Of a stretch of 64,000 nucleotides of DNA, positions 52,975-64,000 are shown piece after piece. A model generated the notes under the pieces. The model saw only the letters and a list, made by a program, of their open reading frames with translations, searched no databases and had not been told where the DNA came from. How positions within the stretch are numbered: position 1 is the first letter of the stretch; the number at the start of each line of letters is the position of its first letter. Position numbers and translations under genes: made by a program. Origin of the DNA: Octopus vulgaris (Eukaryota); contig OX597817.1 of assembly GCA_951406725.2 (NCBI GenBank), forward strand, positions 5,518,001 through 5,582,000. Reading direction: 5' to 3'.

Positions 52975-53990
52975 ATGAACACAACATTGACGACAGCGGC
53001 AGAAACACCAGCACTACGGCCGGAGATCCGGAGATGACGACCAGCCTATACCAGCAGGATCCGTGAAGCTACCGGTCCCACTCCCAGTATTACCAACGAC
53101 GGAAGTCACATCGCCATCGGTGATAGTAGCAGCACAACCACTACGGCTAGGGATGACTATTACAATGACAACAGTCACAACGATATCGCCAGACCCACTC
53201 TGCAGCAACATCTACAGGCCCGGAGCTTACAGAAATGTTCCCAAGATGTGAACAGAACCAACACTCAAGTCCGGAACTATATCAGGCCAGCCGGAATTGC
53301 CTTCAAGCGGTCCCTTTACAACCACTAGTCCTCTTTCAGGATTCTGGAAAGACGATTCGTCAAGTCCCTGGTTAACCACGTGTAGCGCCTTAAAGATGAA
53401 GGAACCCTATACAATATCAAGTGGAGAATCATAGATCGACCATGATGCTGTATCAACAGGAGCGGACGCTGCAAGCTTTGCACAGCTGAGCAAGCTAAGA
53501 TCATCAAAGACTTCCTAGAATCAAGATTATTAAATTCCCGACATGCGATTTATATTCCCTGCTCCATTGCAAACGCTACCTGCTGCAAACACGGGATTCC
53601 CCATTCATTGATTAGATCTGAAAATGTCCTTACGAGCTAAAGACAACCTAAGGGCAGACGTTCCCCGTTTGCCATTTTAGCCTATATGGACTGTCGACTG
53701 AACTGATCTGAGATAACTCGTCTTCGCCGACCCGGATTGTTTATATTTTGTTTACTAACTAACTGTAACGGAATTCTATCTTCACAGTTTGAAGAGGTAT
53801 TTGACCATCGCCAATAGTCTGGCGAGTCGTTCATAGAGCTAAACGCTTTATGGATGCGAAACCATTGCTCACTCTATGATCGGACATATACATAACTGCA
53901 TATAAATCCATTACTGCACTATGCTTTAGAGTGCGCTTCTTTATCGGATATATGATACACTGACGATATTTATAAACTTAAATATGTTTC
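52975..53990 (+). mobile_element. Penelope-like element 3' part (GIY-YIG endonuclease remnant and HHR)
   Basis: NYIRPAGIAFKRSLYNH*SSFR and SLVNHV*RLKDEGTLYNIKWRII...CKLCTAEQAKII...LNSR. Begins after a (TA)n tract. Confidence 0.82.
53786..53873 (+). ncRNA. Degenerate hammerhead motif with branched stem II
   Basis: agt-tTGAAGA-...tcgcca/tggcga...catagagc/gctttatg...-GAAAC-cattg-CTC-act. Confidence 0.5.
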
Positions 53991-54029
53991 AAGTAAAGAT
54001 TGGCTGAGGCCATGTCTAACATAATAGCA

Positions 54030-54660
54030 CGACTTGATACGATTCGTTAAGTTAAATTTTGTGATACCATGACCCATTTAAGTAGGGAGGTGGTGTTTAA
54101 CTGAGATGTATTCAGGAATAGGTAGCTTATCTGGTATTCCCTGAAGAAATTTGTTCAGTTTTCGTTTGAAGGCAATGGGATCTTTTCTGTGGCTTGTTTT
54201 GTGATAATGTTAAATAGAGCAGGGCCCGTTGAGGAAAAGAAATGGTGTTACAGTGAATTTATGTATTGTGAGCCTGAATTGTGTATGGGGTATATAGCAC
54301 ATGGTACCAGTTTTGGATGAATCTGATGTTAACGTTGTTTGGACAATGCTGGTATATTCTCCACATTGTGCAAATGATGTAATACTTGCGGCGGCGCTGG
54401 AGAGAATAAAGTTTCCATGTTTTAAGATCAGTCATGTTTTTACTTTTTTAGTAACTGCTCTCTGGAGTGAATTAATTCTCGCAATGTTTTGTTTGGCGTG
54501 GGGAAACTTAGGGGGCAGCAGTATTTTAGGTGTTCCCGTACGGAGGAGGTGAAAAGGGGAATGAGATCTTACTCTCTGGACTGGAAACGTCTGAGGATTC
54601 AGAATTCATCCTACGGGCCATATCGACTTTACTGTTGATGTAAGCCGAGATTGCAAGCGT
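54030..54660 (-). pseudogene. CR1/L2/Jockey-group LINE RT C-terminal remnant
   Basis: Minus strand gives LYSLQRRRKYYIICTMWRI, FSSTGPALFN and FKRKLNKFLQGIPD. Confidence 0.75.
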
Positions 54661-55029
54661 CTGTGGCGCGACCACATAGTCGCTCTCTCTCACTCTCCTT
54701 CTCTCTCTCCCTCTCTCCCCCTCCCCCCTCTCTCTCTCAGGAAATACTTCGGTACGGTGCCAGTCGTTAACTGACTACTTATCACTTCCCAAACTTTACC
54801 CATTGTAAAAGATCCGGTATAGTGAAGCAGATATTCGGGACATAGAGATTCTACTAAACATTCTAAATATATTTTCAAATTACATTTTGTGACCGGATCT
54901 GAGATCGTGTTGATACTGAATCGGTTATATTGTAGAAATTCAATTTTATCCGGTTCAGAACACAACACAAAATCCGCTTAAATACATTTTCAGTTTATTT
55001 TATGAGGCGCCAAAATTTTCATCGCATAA

Positions 55030-55412
55030 GCGCAGGAGTGGCTGTGTGGTAAGTAGCTTGCTTCCCAACCACATGGTTCCGCGTTTAGTCCCACTGCGCG
55101 GCACCTTGGGCAAGTGTCTTCTACTATAGCCTCGGGCCGAACAAAGCCTTGTAAATGGATTTGGTAGACGGAAACTGAAAGAAGCTCGTCGTATATATGT
55201 ATATGTATATATATGTGTGTGTGTGCGTCTGTGTTTGTTCCCCCCAACATCGCTTGACAACCGATGCTGGTGTGTTTACGTCCCCGTAACTTAGCGGTTC
55301 GGCAAAAGAGACCGATAGAATAAGTACTAGGTTTACAAAGAATAAGTCCCGGGGTAGATTTGCTCGACTAAAGGCGGTGCTCCAGCATGGCCGCAGTCAA
55401 ATGACTGAAACA
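55030..55412 (+). mobile_element. SINE family B, full length
   Basis: Near-consensus copy with CpGs retained. Confidence 0.92.
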
Positions 55413-55559
55413 AGTAAAAGAGAGTAAAAGAGCTCAACTGTGAGTACGACTTGGTCACTGGCTCGGTTCTTCCACCACTCTGTGGAATTGTTTTCCTTGC
55501 TCAGGTCGCAGATGGACGACAAAAATGTTAACAGCTAAAAAAATAAGTGAAAAGCGAAT

Positions 55560-56600
55560 TTAAATAGCTTTTGTGTTTTTGAGATTGCTAAAATAGTTCT
55601 TCCACAATGTAAATTGATTCTAAATTTAGTCTTGCATATTTCAATAGCAACGTAAAAAGGAAAAGAAAATATTTTCATTTTAAGGATACAACTGGATGCG
55701 TGAAGGACTGCAGTAATAAGTTCTATGTCACTACTTTTCTCGCCTAAGATAGCTGACATATGCCATCTTTCTCATCTTCGTCTTTGCACTACCAAACAAA
55801 CGTTGCGTGCTATGGCATGTAATTAAACCGAATACGTTTTCTGTGAAACATTGAAAAAGTTAGACTTTTTAAAAGCAGAAATAATATATCTAGCCAAGTC
55901 AGTCATTGATTGTTTATTTTCAAATGCCAGCTACCTAACTTCAGAATTGTCTGACAGATGAGATAACATTATTAAATGGAAGACTAACAGATAATTTTAG
56001 ATGATGGGAAACAATAGGGAGATTTTTTTCCCGTCCAGTTCTCCATATACTTTCAACATTTTTCTATAACTCTTCTGAGCTTTTTAGAAGTCAATCTATT
56101 ATTACCCTGAAAATGGAAATATTCTCCAAACATATGTTTGAGCCAAATTCTTTTCAGTTGCGTGATAGTTATTTGTAGACAGAAGGGAAACACGAAAAAG
56201 TGGGCAGGGGTTTAAAGTATGAGATAATCAGCTCATAGGTCTTTAGCTAAATCCGTTAGCCAACTCTCTATGCACGAGTTCATGAAAAAAGTCAGTGCCC
56301 TATACTTTAAAGATTTGAATTGAGCTATTTTATACCACGCCATGAAATGAGGACTAAGCGCCTACTCATGAAAGCATATGCGAACTTAAAAGTTCTATGT
56401 GTGTGTATGTTCGTAGTATAATACAACCTCCAGGATACACTACGAATCGTTTTGTGATTATACCATAGCTGCGTAACTTATTTTTCAGTTGCAAAAGTAA
56501 CCGTTTATGCACCCGAAGAGCATATTGTGATAACATAATGTCAGGAAACGTTTTGCAGTGTCCTGTTGATTGTATTATATACCATAGTAAACTAAAACCA
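55560..56600 (-). pseudogene. hAT (Buster/Charlie-like) transposase remnant
   Basis: ...AVLHASSCI...KTKFRINL resembles the hAT C-terminal dimerisation motif. Upstream SAFKK segment. Confidence 0.4.
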
Positions 56601-56745
56601 AGCTGGTGTTCTCGTCTCATATATAATCACACACACACACACACACACTCACGTGCGCGCGAATGTGGTCACTTTTATTTCTGTGCACTTTAGATATAAA
56701 CAACACAGATTCTACATTTGGGTACTCTGAAAGGTTTATAGAAGG

Positions 56746-56807
56746 CAGTGGTTCCCAACCCTTTTATTTAAATTAGCTTCCCCACGGACCCCTTTTAATA
56801 TGATTAT

Positions 56808-56872
<65 letters not shown>

Positions 56873-56933
56873 TTTAAATTTAGTTCACAGAATCTCAGTA
56901 CTACATTTGCGGACCCCAGGTTAGGAACCACTG
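56746..56933. mobile_element. hAT-Charlie-type MITE
   Basis: TIRs cagtggttcccaacc / ggttaggaaccactg. 8-bp flanks atagaagg / atgtaagg. Confidence 0.85.
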
Positions 56934-59900
56934 ATGTAAGGTGTATATTTTGCATGTTAAAAGTTTATAATTTTGTCACGAAACCTATGACCCTTAGGCT
57001 ACATGTAGTTCTTTATGACGTTTTGTATTGCCCATAAAATGTCGTGATTATGTAAACATAACGTTTTATTAACATTTTATATATCCTGTATACGAGAGCT
57101 GCTGAAAAGTTCCTGGCTTTGAGTAAAAGAAAATACAAAAGGAAAAGTTAATTATGATTTTATGTAATGTATTCCCCTCTCAGATTCATACACTTAATCC
57201 AGCGGTCCTTCAGGTTTTCTAATATCATAGAACAACTTGGAAGATTGGGCTTCCAGCCAGGCCTTTTGCGATAGCGTTTAAGCTAGGAAATATATAGGTG
57301 GGGGTGCTGAAAATTTCAGTCAGAGAACTTTTTTTTTCCCGCTATTTTCGTCCCCCTTCTCTCGCTCTCACTTTCTCTTGTACAAATATTTATAATTTGT
57401 TTAATACAACATACAGTGAGTGTACTCCTCACTACATACCATCTTTGTTAAATTTATGCACAGCATTATCTCATTTTGGAAGGTGCATTGTGATTTTTCA
57501 GGTTTTCAGAAAACTGACATATCTAGAACAACAGATCAATGCACTTGGTGAAATATGACCTGGGGTTGCCACAATGTCATAGTAAACTCAGTATTAAACA
57601 TTGCTCTCTAAAGATTTAATTTACAACAATTATTATAATCATTGAACCAGAAAATGGATGTTTGTCATTTCCAACGATAAGACTTAAGTTGATGGAATAA
57701 CAAAGTTATCTTGTATTCAATCAATTGGTGTATAAAACGGTTTCATAAGCATGTGTACCATTAACATAATCTTCTTGCAGAACCAGTGTGACACACAATC
57801 TGTAAATTACTAATATAATCCATTTGATAGGCTTCTACACAGTTTCCGTCCATCCAGTTTCAATTGCAAAGCGTGGATCAATCCAAGGCAGCAGTAAAAG
57901 ACATTCGCCCAAGATACGAAACTGTAGGATTGAGCCTGAGAGTTTTGGAAATTGCGAAGCGAACTTTTTAAACACGTGGCCAAGCACCGTTCAACTTATT
58001 GAACAACGCTCGTATTGCCTCCAAAAAATGTTAACCACTCGACTAAAGCTACCAATTGAGACGATAAATAACGTTGATTTAAATACTTGCAGCTGTAACT
58101 ATAGAATGTGGATGATGCGTTGACAATTTGGATTGTGTCAGACCGGGGCAGAGCACGTCACAGTGTCGAAGCTCAGGTCACATGTGTGATAGATTATGCC
58201 ACAGGTGCATTAGATTAAATCACCTGTTTGGCGTAATGTATATTACATCCCTAACATAGGAAAACAAAAAAGGCATCTTTGTTACACTGTTACATTGTGT
58301 CCATCAAGCAAAACAATATAGAAAATCACCTTAATGATGATGATGGTGACAATTAAAAGACGGATTTGATAGATAATGATGGTTATCGCTGTTTTTGGTA
58401 GCCTTGGTTCTAATGATGTATCTTTGCTGACATTCTGTCCATCTATAAGGTTTGTCAGTCTGGCTGTCTATCATTTTCTCAGTAAGTTTGTCTATCAAGC
58501 TGTTTATATGAGCTTCAAAACGCTTTCTACCTGTGTGGTCTACTCACTCAGCCACCCGTATTTTGAATCAGTGACTTTTACGGGTCTGTTTTCCTCTTCG
58601 TCTCCCTTCCCTGCTCTACCCCCTTCTTGTCTCTTTCTCTTCTCACCCAATAGTGTATGTAAATATATTAGCACACATGCAGTTTCCAGAATAAAAACAA
58701 ATAAACACACACACACACACACACACACAAACTTAGAAAACTCAAAAGGACTCTTCTTCCCCACTCCTCACTTAACGTAACAAAAACTGTTTTTAAAAAA
58801 TTGCTTTTATGTCAATGCCACCATGTACAAGTAAATGTGAGATCGTTTTATATGTATATATATAGTGTGATGTTGTTCACTTTGTGTACATCGCGTATAT
58901 ATATATGTATACACACACACACAGACACGAGCGATGTAGAACGGCAGTAAACCTCGGTTGTACGTGTTTTCATAAATCTGATTCTCAACCCTGGCTATTT
59001 CATTCACTTCGCTTCACTTTTCGTTGCTGTGGTTTTCCAGACGCTTGGAGGAGGTGGATTTCACAGTGAGAAAAATATTTTATATACATATAATATAGAT
59101 AAGTTCTTGTCATTATTGATTTAGGCTACGCCTGACATAACACCGCATGAAACATTCCTTTAAGTCATGTTCTCGGACATCGCAGCTCACTCAAGTAGGG
59201 AGTTATTGTTACGCGCAGTGCTAGCGTTGTGCCTTGTGCTTTTGCAAGGTAGAAACTCGGAGCGGATTTGAAATCCTAGTTACTTCCAACATACGAACAT
59301 TTTTTACGTATAATTCCTCCAAGAAATACCAAAAACTACCGATACCAACGTTGGCACTGCGCGTAATTATTGTATGTAGCAGGGAGACCGCTGGGCGCAA
59401 CCACGTCGTATTACTCTTTAAATGTGTTACTCGAAGATGTTATGCCATGAGTTACCTATAACATACACACACATACACACTTGTTGATTAAGATATGTCA
59501 CTGGAACCTACTCAAAGGTGATGGAGAAAGTGGCATAAGTATAGTTCAAGCTTTTGTCACTTAAATCCACTGACGTACAAATGTCCCACTATCGTTTCAT
59601 TTCTTGATCCGTATTGTATTTTATTGTATCCATAGTGTTGGATATCCTTGCATTTCAATTTCATTATACTGTGTAATTTCATCCGATTTCATTATATTTG
59701 ATTTTTTAACAAGGGTATAACCCCAGCCCCTAAATGTTTTGTTATGTACTTGTGCTGTCCCCTCTGTGTCATGGCCTGTGTGCCAAATAAAAGAAACTGG
59801 ATATCCTTGCACATGTAAGGACGGAGATAATTCAGAACAATCACGCACACTATGGCCGACGTTCTGAGTTCGATCCGTCTGCGTGACATATTAGACAAAT

Positions 59901-60068
59901 ATCATTCCCTATTATCTCAGGCTGAGCTATACCTTGCGAGTGAAATCTGGTTGACAGAAATGGCATCGAAGCTTGTCACATAGATTGCAATTGTAACTGA
60001 AAAGGTGGAACTTTGTCACACTGGTTCTGCCTGAGAATTATATTAACGGTACGTGCTTATTCAGGAGC

Positions 60069-60302
60069 GAAGGCGGTGAGCTGGCAGAAACGTTAGCGCG
60101 CCGGGCGAAATGCGTAGCCGTATTTCGTCTGTCGTTACGTTCTGAGTTCAAATTCCGCCGAGGTCGACTTTGCCTTTCATCCTTTCGGGGTCGATTAAAT
60201 AAGTACCAGTTACGCACTGGGATCGATGTAATTGACTTAATCCGTTTGTCTGTCCTTGTTTGTCCTCTCTGTGTTTAGCCCCTTGTGGGCAATAAAGAAA
60301 TG
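60069..60302 (+). mobile_element. SINE family A, young
   Basis: Perfect 21-bp TSD ggtacgtgcttattcaggagc at 60048-60068 and 60303-60323. Confidence 0.93.
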
Positions 60303-61000
60303 GGTACGTGCTTATTCAGGAGCAGGTAAAGTTAATCGAACAAAGGAATCCTCATCATCTACTGCACGCACTCTCTCTCTCTCTCTCTCTCTCTCTCATC
60401 CTTTTCAAGGTATTGCGAGTGATGAAGTAATGAAGCAATACTGTTAGATTTCGGCATAGCGTAGTTCAGAATACACGCAGTGGTTTGTCATCACTCTCTA
60501 CAAGATGAACTCAGGGTTACAAGCTACCAAAAACATTCTTTAACTGTACAGTGTCCTCGCTGCCTCCGGTTGTAGAATGTATTCCTGCGTATCGTCTATT
60601 TGCATTTAAATATGCCGTGCAAAGGAAGTAAGTGTTTTCAGAATACAGAATGGGGAATCGATAAGAACGTTTCTACTTTTGTTTTCTGGGGATAAAATAT
60701 TTAACGCTAAAAATCTGAATACATCGCGTGTTACAGACTAGACAACAGTTAGTATCAACAGCAGTGTCCTTCGATTGACTAGCATCTTATTCTGTCTCAG
60801 AATCTAGCTTTTATGAAAGATTTTCGAGTTAATTTATACAATGATGAGAATAACAAGAGATGCTACGTTTGTAGTCGCTTCTATTTGACAGAGAACCTCC
60901 AGACAAAGGCCCCCACCTGTTGAAAGTATTGATAGACGAAAAACGTCGACGTATTTTAATTACGATCGTTTATCGGCGAAAATTTAGGAAAAAGTAAACA

Positions 61001-61390
61001 GCACAGGAGTGGCTGTGTGGTAAGTAGCTTGCTTACCAACCACAGGGTTCCGGGTTCATTCCCACTGCGTGGCACCTTGGAAAAGTGTCTCCTACTATAG
61101 CCTCGGGCCGACCAAAGCCTTGTGAGTGGATTTGGTAGACGGAAACTGAAAGAAGCCCGTCGTATATATGTATGTGTGTGTATATGTTTGTGTGTTTGTT
61201 TGTCCCCCCAGCATCACTTGACAACCGATGCTGATGTGTTTACGTCCCCGTAACTTAGCGGTTCGACAAAAGAGACCGATAGAATAAATACTAGGCTTCC
61301 AAAGAATAAGTCCTGGGGTCGATTTGCTCGACTAAAGGCGGTGCTCCAGGATGGCCGCAGTCAAGTGACTGAAACAAGTAAAAGAGTAAA
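61001..61390 (+). mobile_element. SINE family B, full length
   Basis: Near-consensus copy. Confidence 0.92.
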
Positions 61391-61964
61391 GATTAGAGAG
61401 AGCAGATATCACTTGGTTGGAGACGTCCAAAATATTGCTAATCTGTCTATTACTGATTGGTACCCTGTTCCGGCGATCAGATATCGAACCGCCTACGATG
61501 ATGACAAAAGTCTGTATCGGTAAAAATAAGTGTCTATTTAATTTACTAAACACATTTGAACATAAAATTAACACGACCTGGTTTATAGAACTAAAATATA
61601 TTTTCAGATAAACCACTAAAATTTAAAAGTAACCAGTGAAAAAAACAAAGAAAACAATAACATCATTATCTCTTATCTCTGTTACTTACTTTAGAATTCA
61701 AACATTATTAGAGTAGAAAAGAGATTGCCGAATATTTCCATCATAGGCCTTTAATAATCTTTCTGGGGAAAAAGTCTGTTTTATTTTACCTTAGGTTACC
61801 TAGCTGTAACGGATTAGAGACCTAATCTGTATGAAATGTCTGCAATGCACAAGCATCATGTCTAGGAAAAGGATTAATTTTTCTTTTGCTTAAAGCCTTG
61901 GGGCAGGAGCTAAGCATTTGCTCTCAGTGGGAATCCTACTGCCATCATGAAACACTAAATATTC

Positions 61965-62178
61965 TTTTCTACTCTAGGCACAAAGCCCGAAGTTTTGGGG
62001 GAAGGAGCCAGTCGATTAGATTAACCCCAGTACGCAACTAGTACTTAATTTGTCAACCCCGAAAGGATGAAAGGCAAAGTCGACCTCGGCGGAATTTGAA
62101 CTCAGAACGTAACGGCAGATGAAATACGGCTACGCATTTCGCCCGGCGTGCTAACGTTTCTTCCAGCTCGCCGCCTTA
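61965..62178 (-). mobile_element. SINE family A, young
   Basis: Perfect 16-bp TSD gaaacactaaatattc at 61949-61964 and 62179-62194. Confidence 0.93.
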
Positions 62179-63517
62179 GAAACACTAAATATTCCATTAC
62201 CTATGGATACCCTGATGAATGTAGCTTTACGGTGAAAGCCTCATCTACCTGGTGCACCCATTCGGAAGTTGGGGAGTAAAAGTTTTGTTTACGTTGAGTG
62301 GCCTTGTTTTAACACGGAATCTGGATTGTCTTTTTGGCGCCTAAAAAGTAACGAAAGATATGAAACAAAACTCCAGCCCCGGTAAAGAAAATCAAATCAA
62401 ATCACGAACTCTGAATCACCAAGCAAAAATAAGAAAATATAAAAGTAACAACAAATACATGAACGAAACTTTAGTACTGGTGGATCTTTATAATCACTAT
62501 GTAGTACTTTTGTAGCTTTAACTTAACCGAGCAGGTGTAGCTAATCGGTTGGACTACGGTATGCGATTTCCAAATAAATGTCTCTTTGTAACTAAGGTTC
62601 ATATTGCATTATCCAGTCGACAGAGGTTAATCGCACAGAGTACCGAGTGACAGTCTCGACTTATGCTGTTAATGTCAGTGTGATTGAATGTCACAGCGGA
62701 GGCGAGGAAAAATGATTCGGTCAAAGTGCGATAGTTACTGTTTCTATACATTTATTATAGGTCGTGTGCATCCCAGCACACTGAGATTCATAATGTTATT
62801 GATGCTCTTGATATCTTTGGGTTTTCATGTTTGTCTGGAGTGAGGAATAAGAATAATAAGTTTAGGTTGGTGTTTTAGTGAGTTTATAGTTGTGTAGTGG
62901 CAGGAAAGGTACAAGTTAAAAATTGTGGACTCATGCATGAACAAATGTCCTTTATTATTTTTTTTTATTGTTATCAGTTTTGCTTTTGAAAGTGGAGATG
63001 GCCATATTTTTGTCAGTGTTGTGTAGTTTCATATCAACCCCAAATAGACTATATCGAGCAATAAGTAATGGGGACAATCGACCGAGTACGATTCACAGAC
63101 CCAGTATTTCAAATATGCCATGCATCCGCTTTGCTGAGGATCATATTGTGCAATCCTATATGCAGACTTTTGTTGCTGTTGTCGAAGCTGTTGTGTTGTA
63201 CCATTCTTGCTGTTAGCATTTCCAAATATAGCTTAACAATATTCATATGATGTGGAGGAGGATCATGATAATACAGCTCATTTCAAATGTAAAGAGAAAT
63301 GTGTGTGTGTGTATGTAAAAATGAAGCGTTTTTTAAAGGTGTAATTCGAATTACCTTAAAGTTATGACTAATAGCGTGTAAATAAATGTTGCATTAAAAA
63401 AACCGTTAGATGGTAAAAGTATTTTAACACAAAACTCACACGCTGATTATTTATAGTTCTAACTAATTCAAGTTAAAAACGATTTATTTTATGCCCTTCG
63501 AAATTTCAAAATGCTTA

Positions 63518-63582
<65 letters not shown>

Positions 63583-63726
63583 AAATGGATAAATGAATTA
63601 TCTTGTTACGGATTATTCAAATTATAACCGATACCTGGGTAGCAAAAATCACAACAGAAAAATCACGGTTGAGGTTACGACCATGGGGTATCGCAACCGT
63701 GCCTTAGTGCGGATAATTGAAGTTTT

Positions 63727-63893
63727 ATATATTTAGTGAGGGAACAAATGGAGCTGAACGAAGATTTTACAAAATTCCTTTTTATTATTTTCTACATATG
63801 TTTCAAAGGGAATTTGCAGCCTTTGAAACATATGTAGAAAATAATAAAAAGGAATTTTGTAAAATCTTCGTTCAGCTCCATTTCTTCCCTCAC

Positions 63894-63902
<9 letters not shown>
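63727..63902. repeat. Fold-back (about 82-bp arms) made from the 3' half of the 22275 HHR family
   Basis: Arms include atggagctgaacgaagattttacaaaattcctt and acatatgtttc, homologous to 22232-22298. No CTGATGA present. Confidence 0.85.
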
Positions 63903-63931
<29 letters not shown>

Positions 63932-64000
63932 AATATATATATATATATACATAAATATAAATTAAATTAGAGATAAAACCACTATTAGGCAACTCAAACA

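Noticed and set aside
59010-59070. Possible micro-exon (ttttccag...gtgag)
   Set aside because: Splice-like signals alone are common, and there is no partner exon or ORF support.
62205-62250. CTGATGA...GAAA possible hammerhead
   Set aside because: Stem I does not pair after any plausible NUH, and stem III is not convincing.

Overview
AT-rich, microsatellite-dense eukaryotic DNA, very probably from an octopus (inferred from the tRNA-derived SINE families and repeat landscape). I found no host protein-coding gene; nearly all listed ORFs are microsatellite or repeat artefacts. The window is a mosaic of modular SINEs (three head types, about 25 copies), two mariner (DD34D) elements, DD37D Tc1/mariner remnants, hAT MITEs and remnants, non-autonomous Helitrons, and RTE, CR1/L2 and Tx1 LINE fragments. 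There is a 100-N gap at 34789-34888. The main unannotated signal is about ten type I hammerhead-ribozyme (HHR) motifs from several sequence families. One is fully canonical (22275-22357, minus strand). Most sit in short non-coding cassettes in or next to (TA)n tracts, several as inverted fold-back pairs, and two lie downstream of Penelope GIY-YIG remnants. Also notable: an ORF1-only zinc-knuckle LINE nested in a mariner that shares its 3' tail with a SINE family, and a CpG-decayed domain at about 36-48.7 kb. All calls were made by eye, without database searches or folding software.
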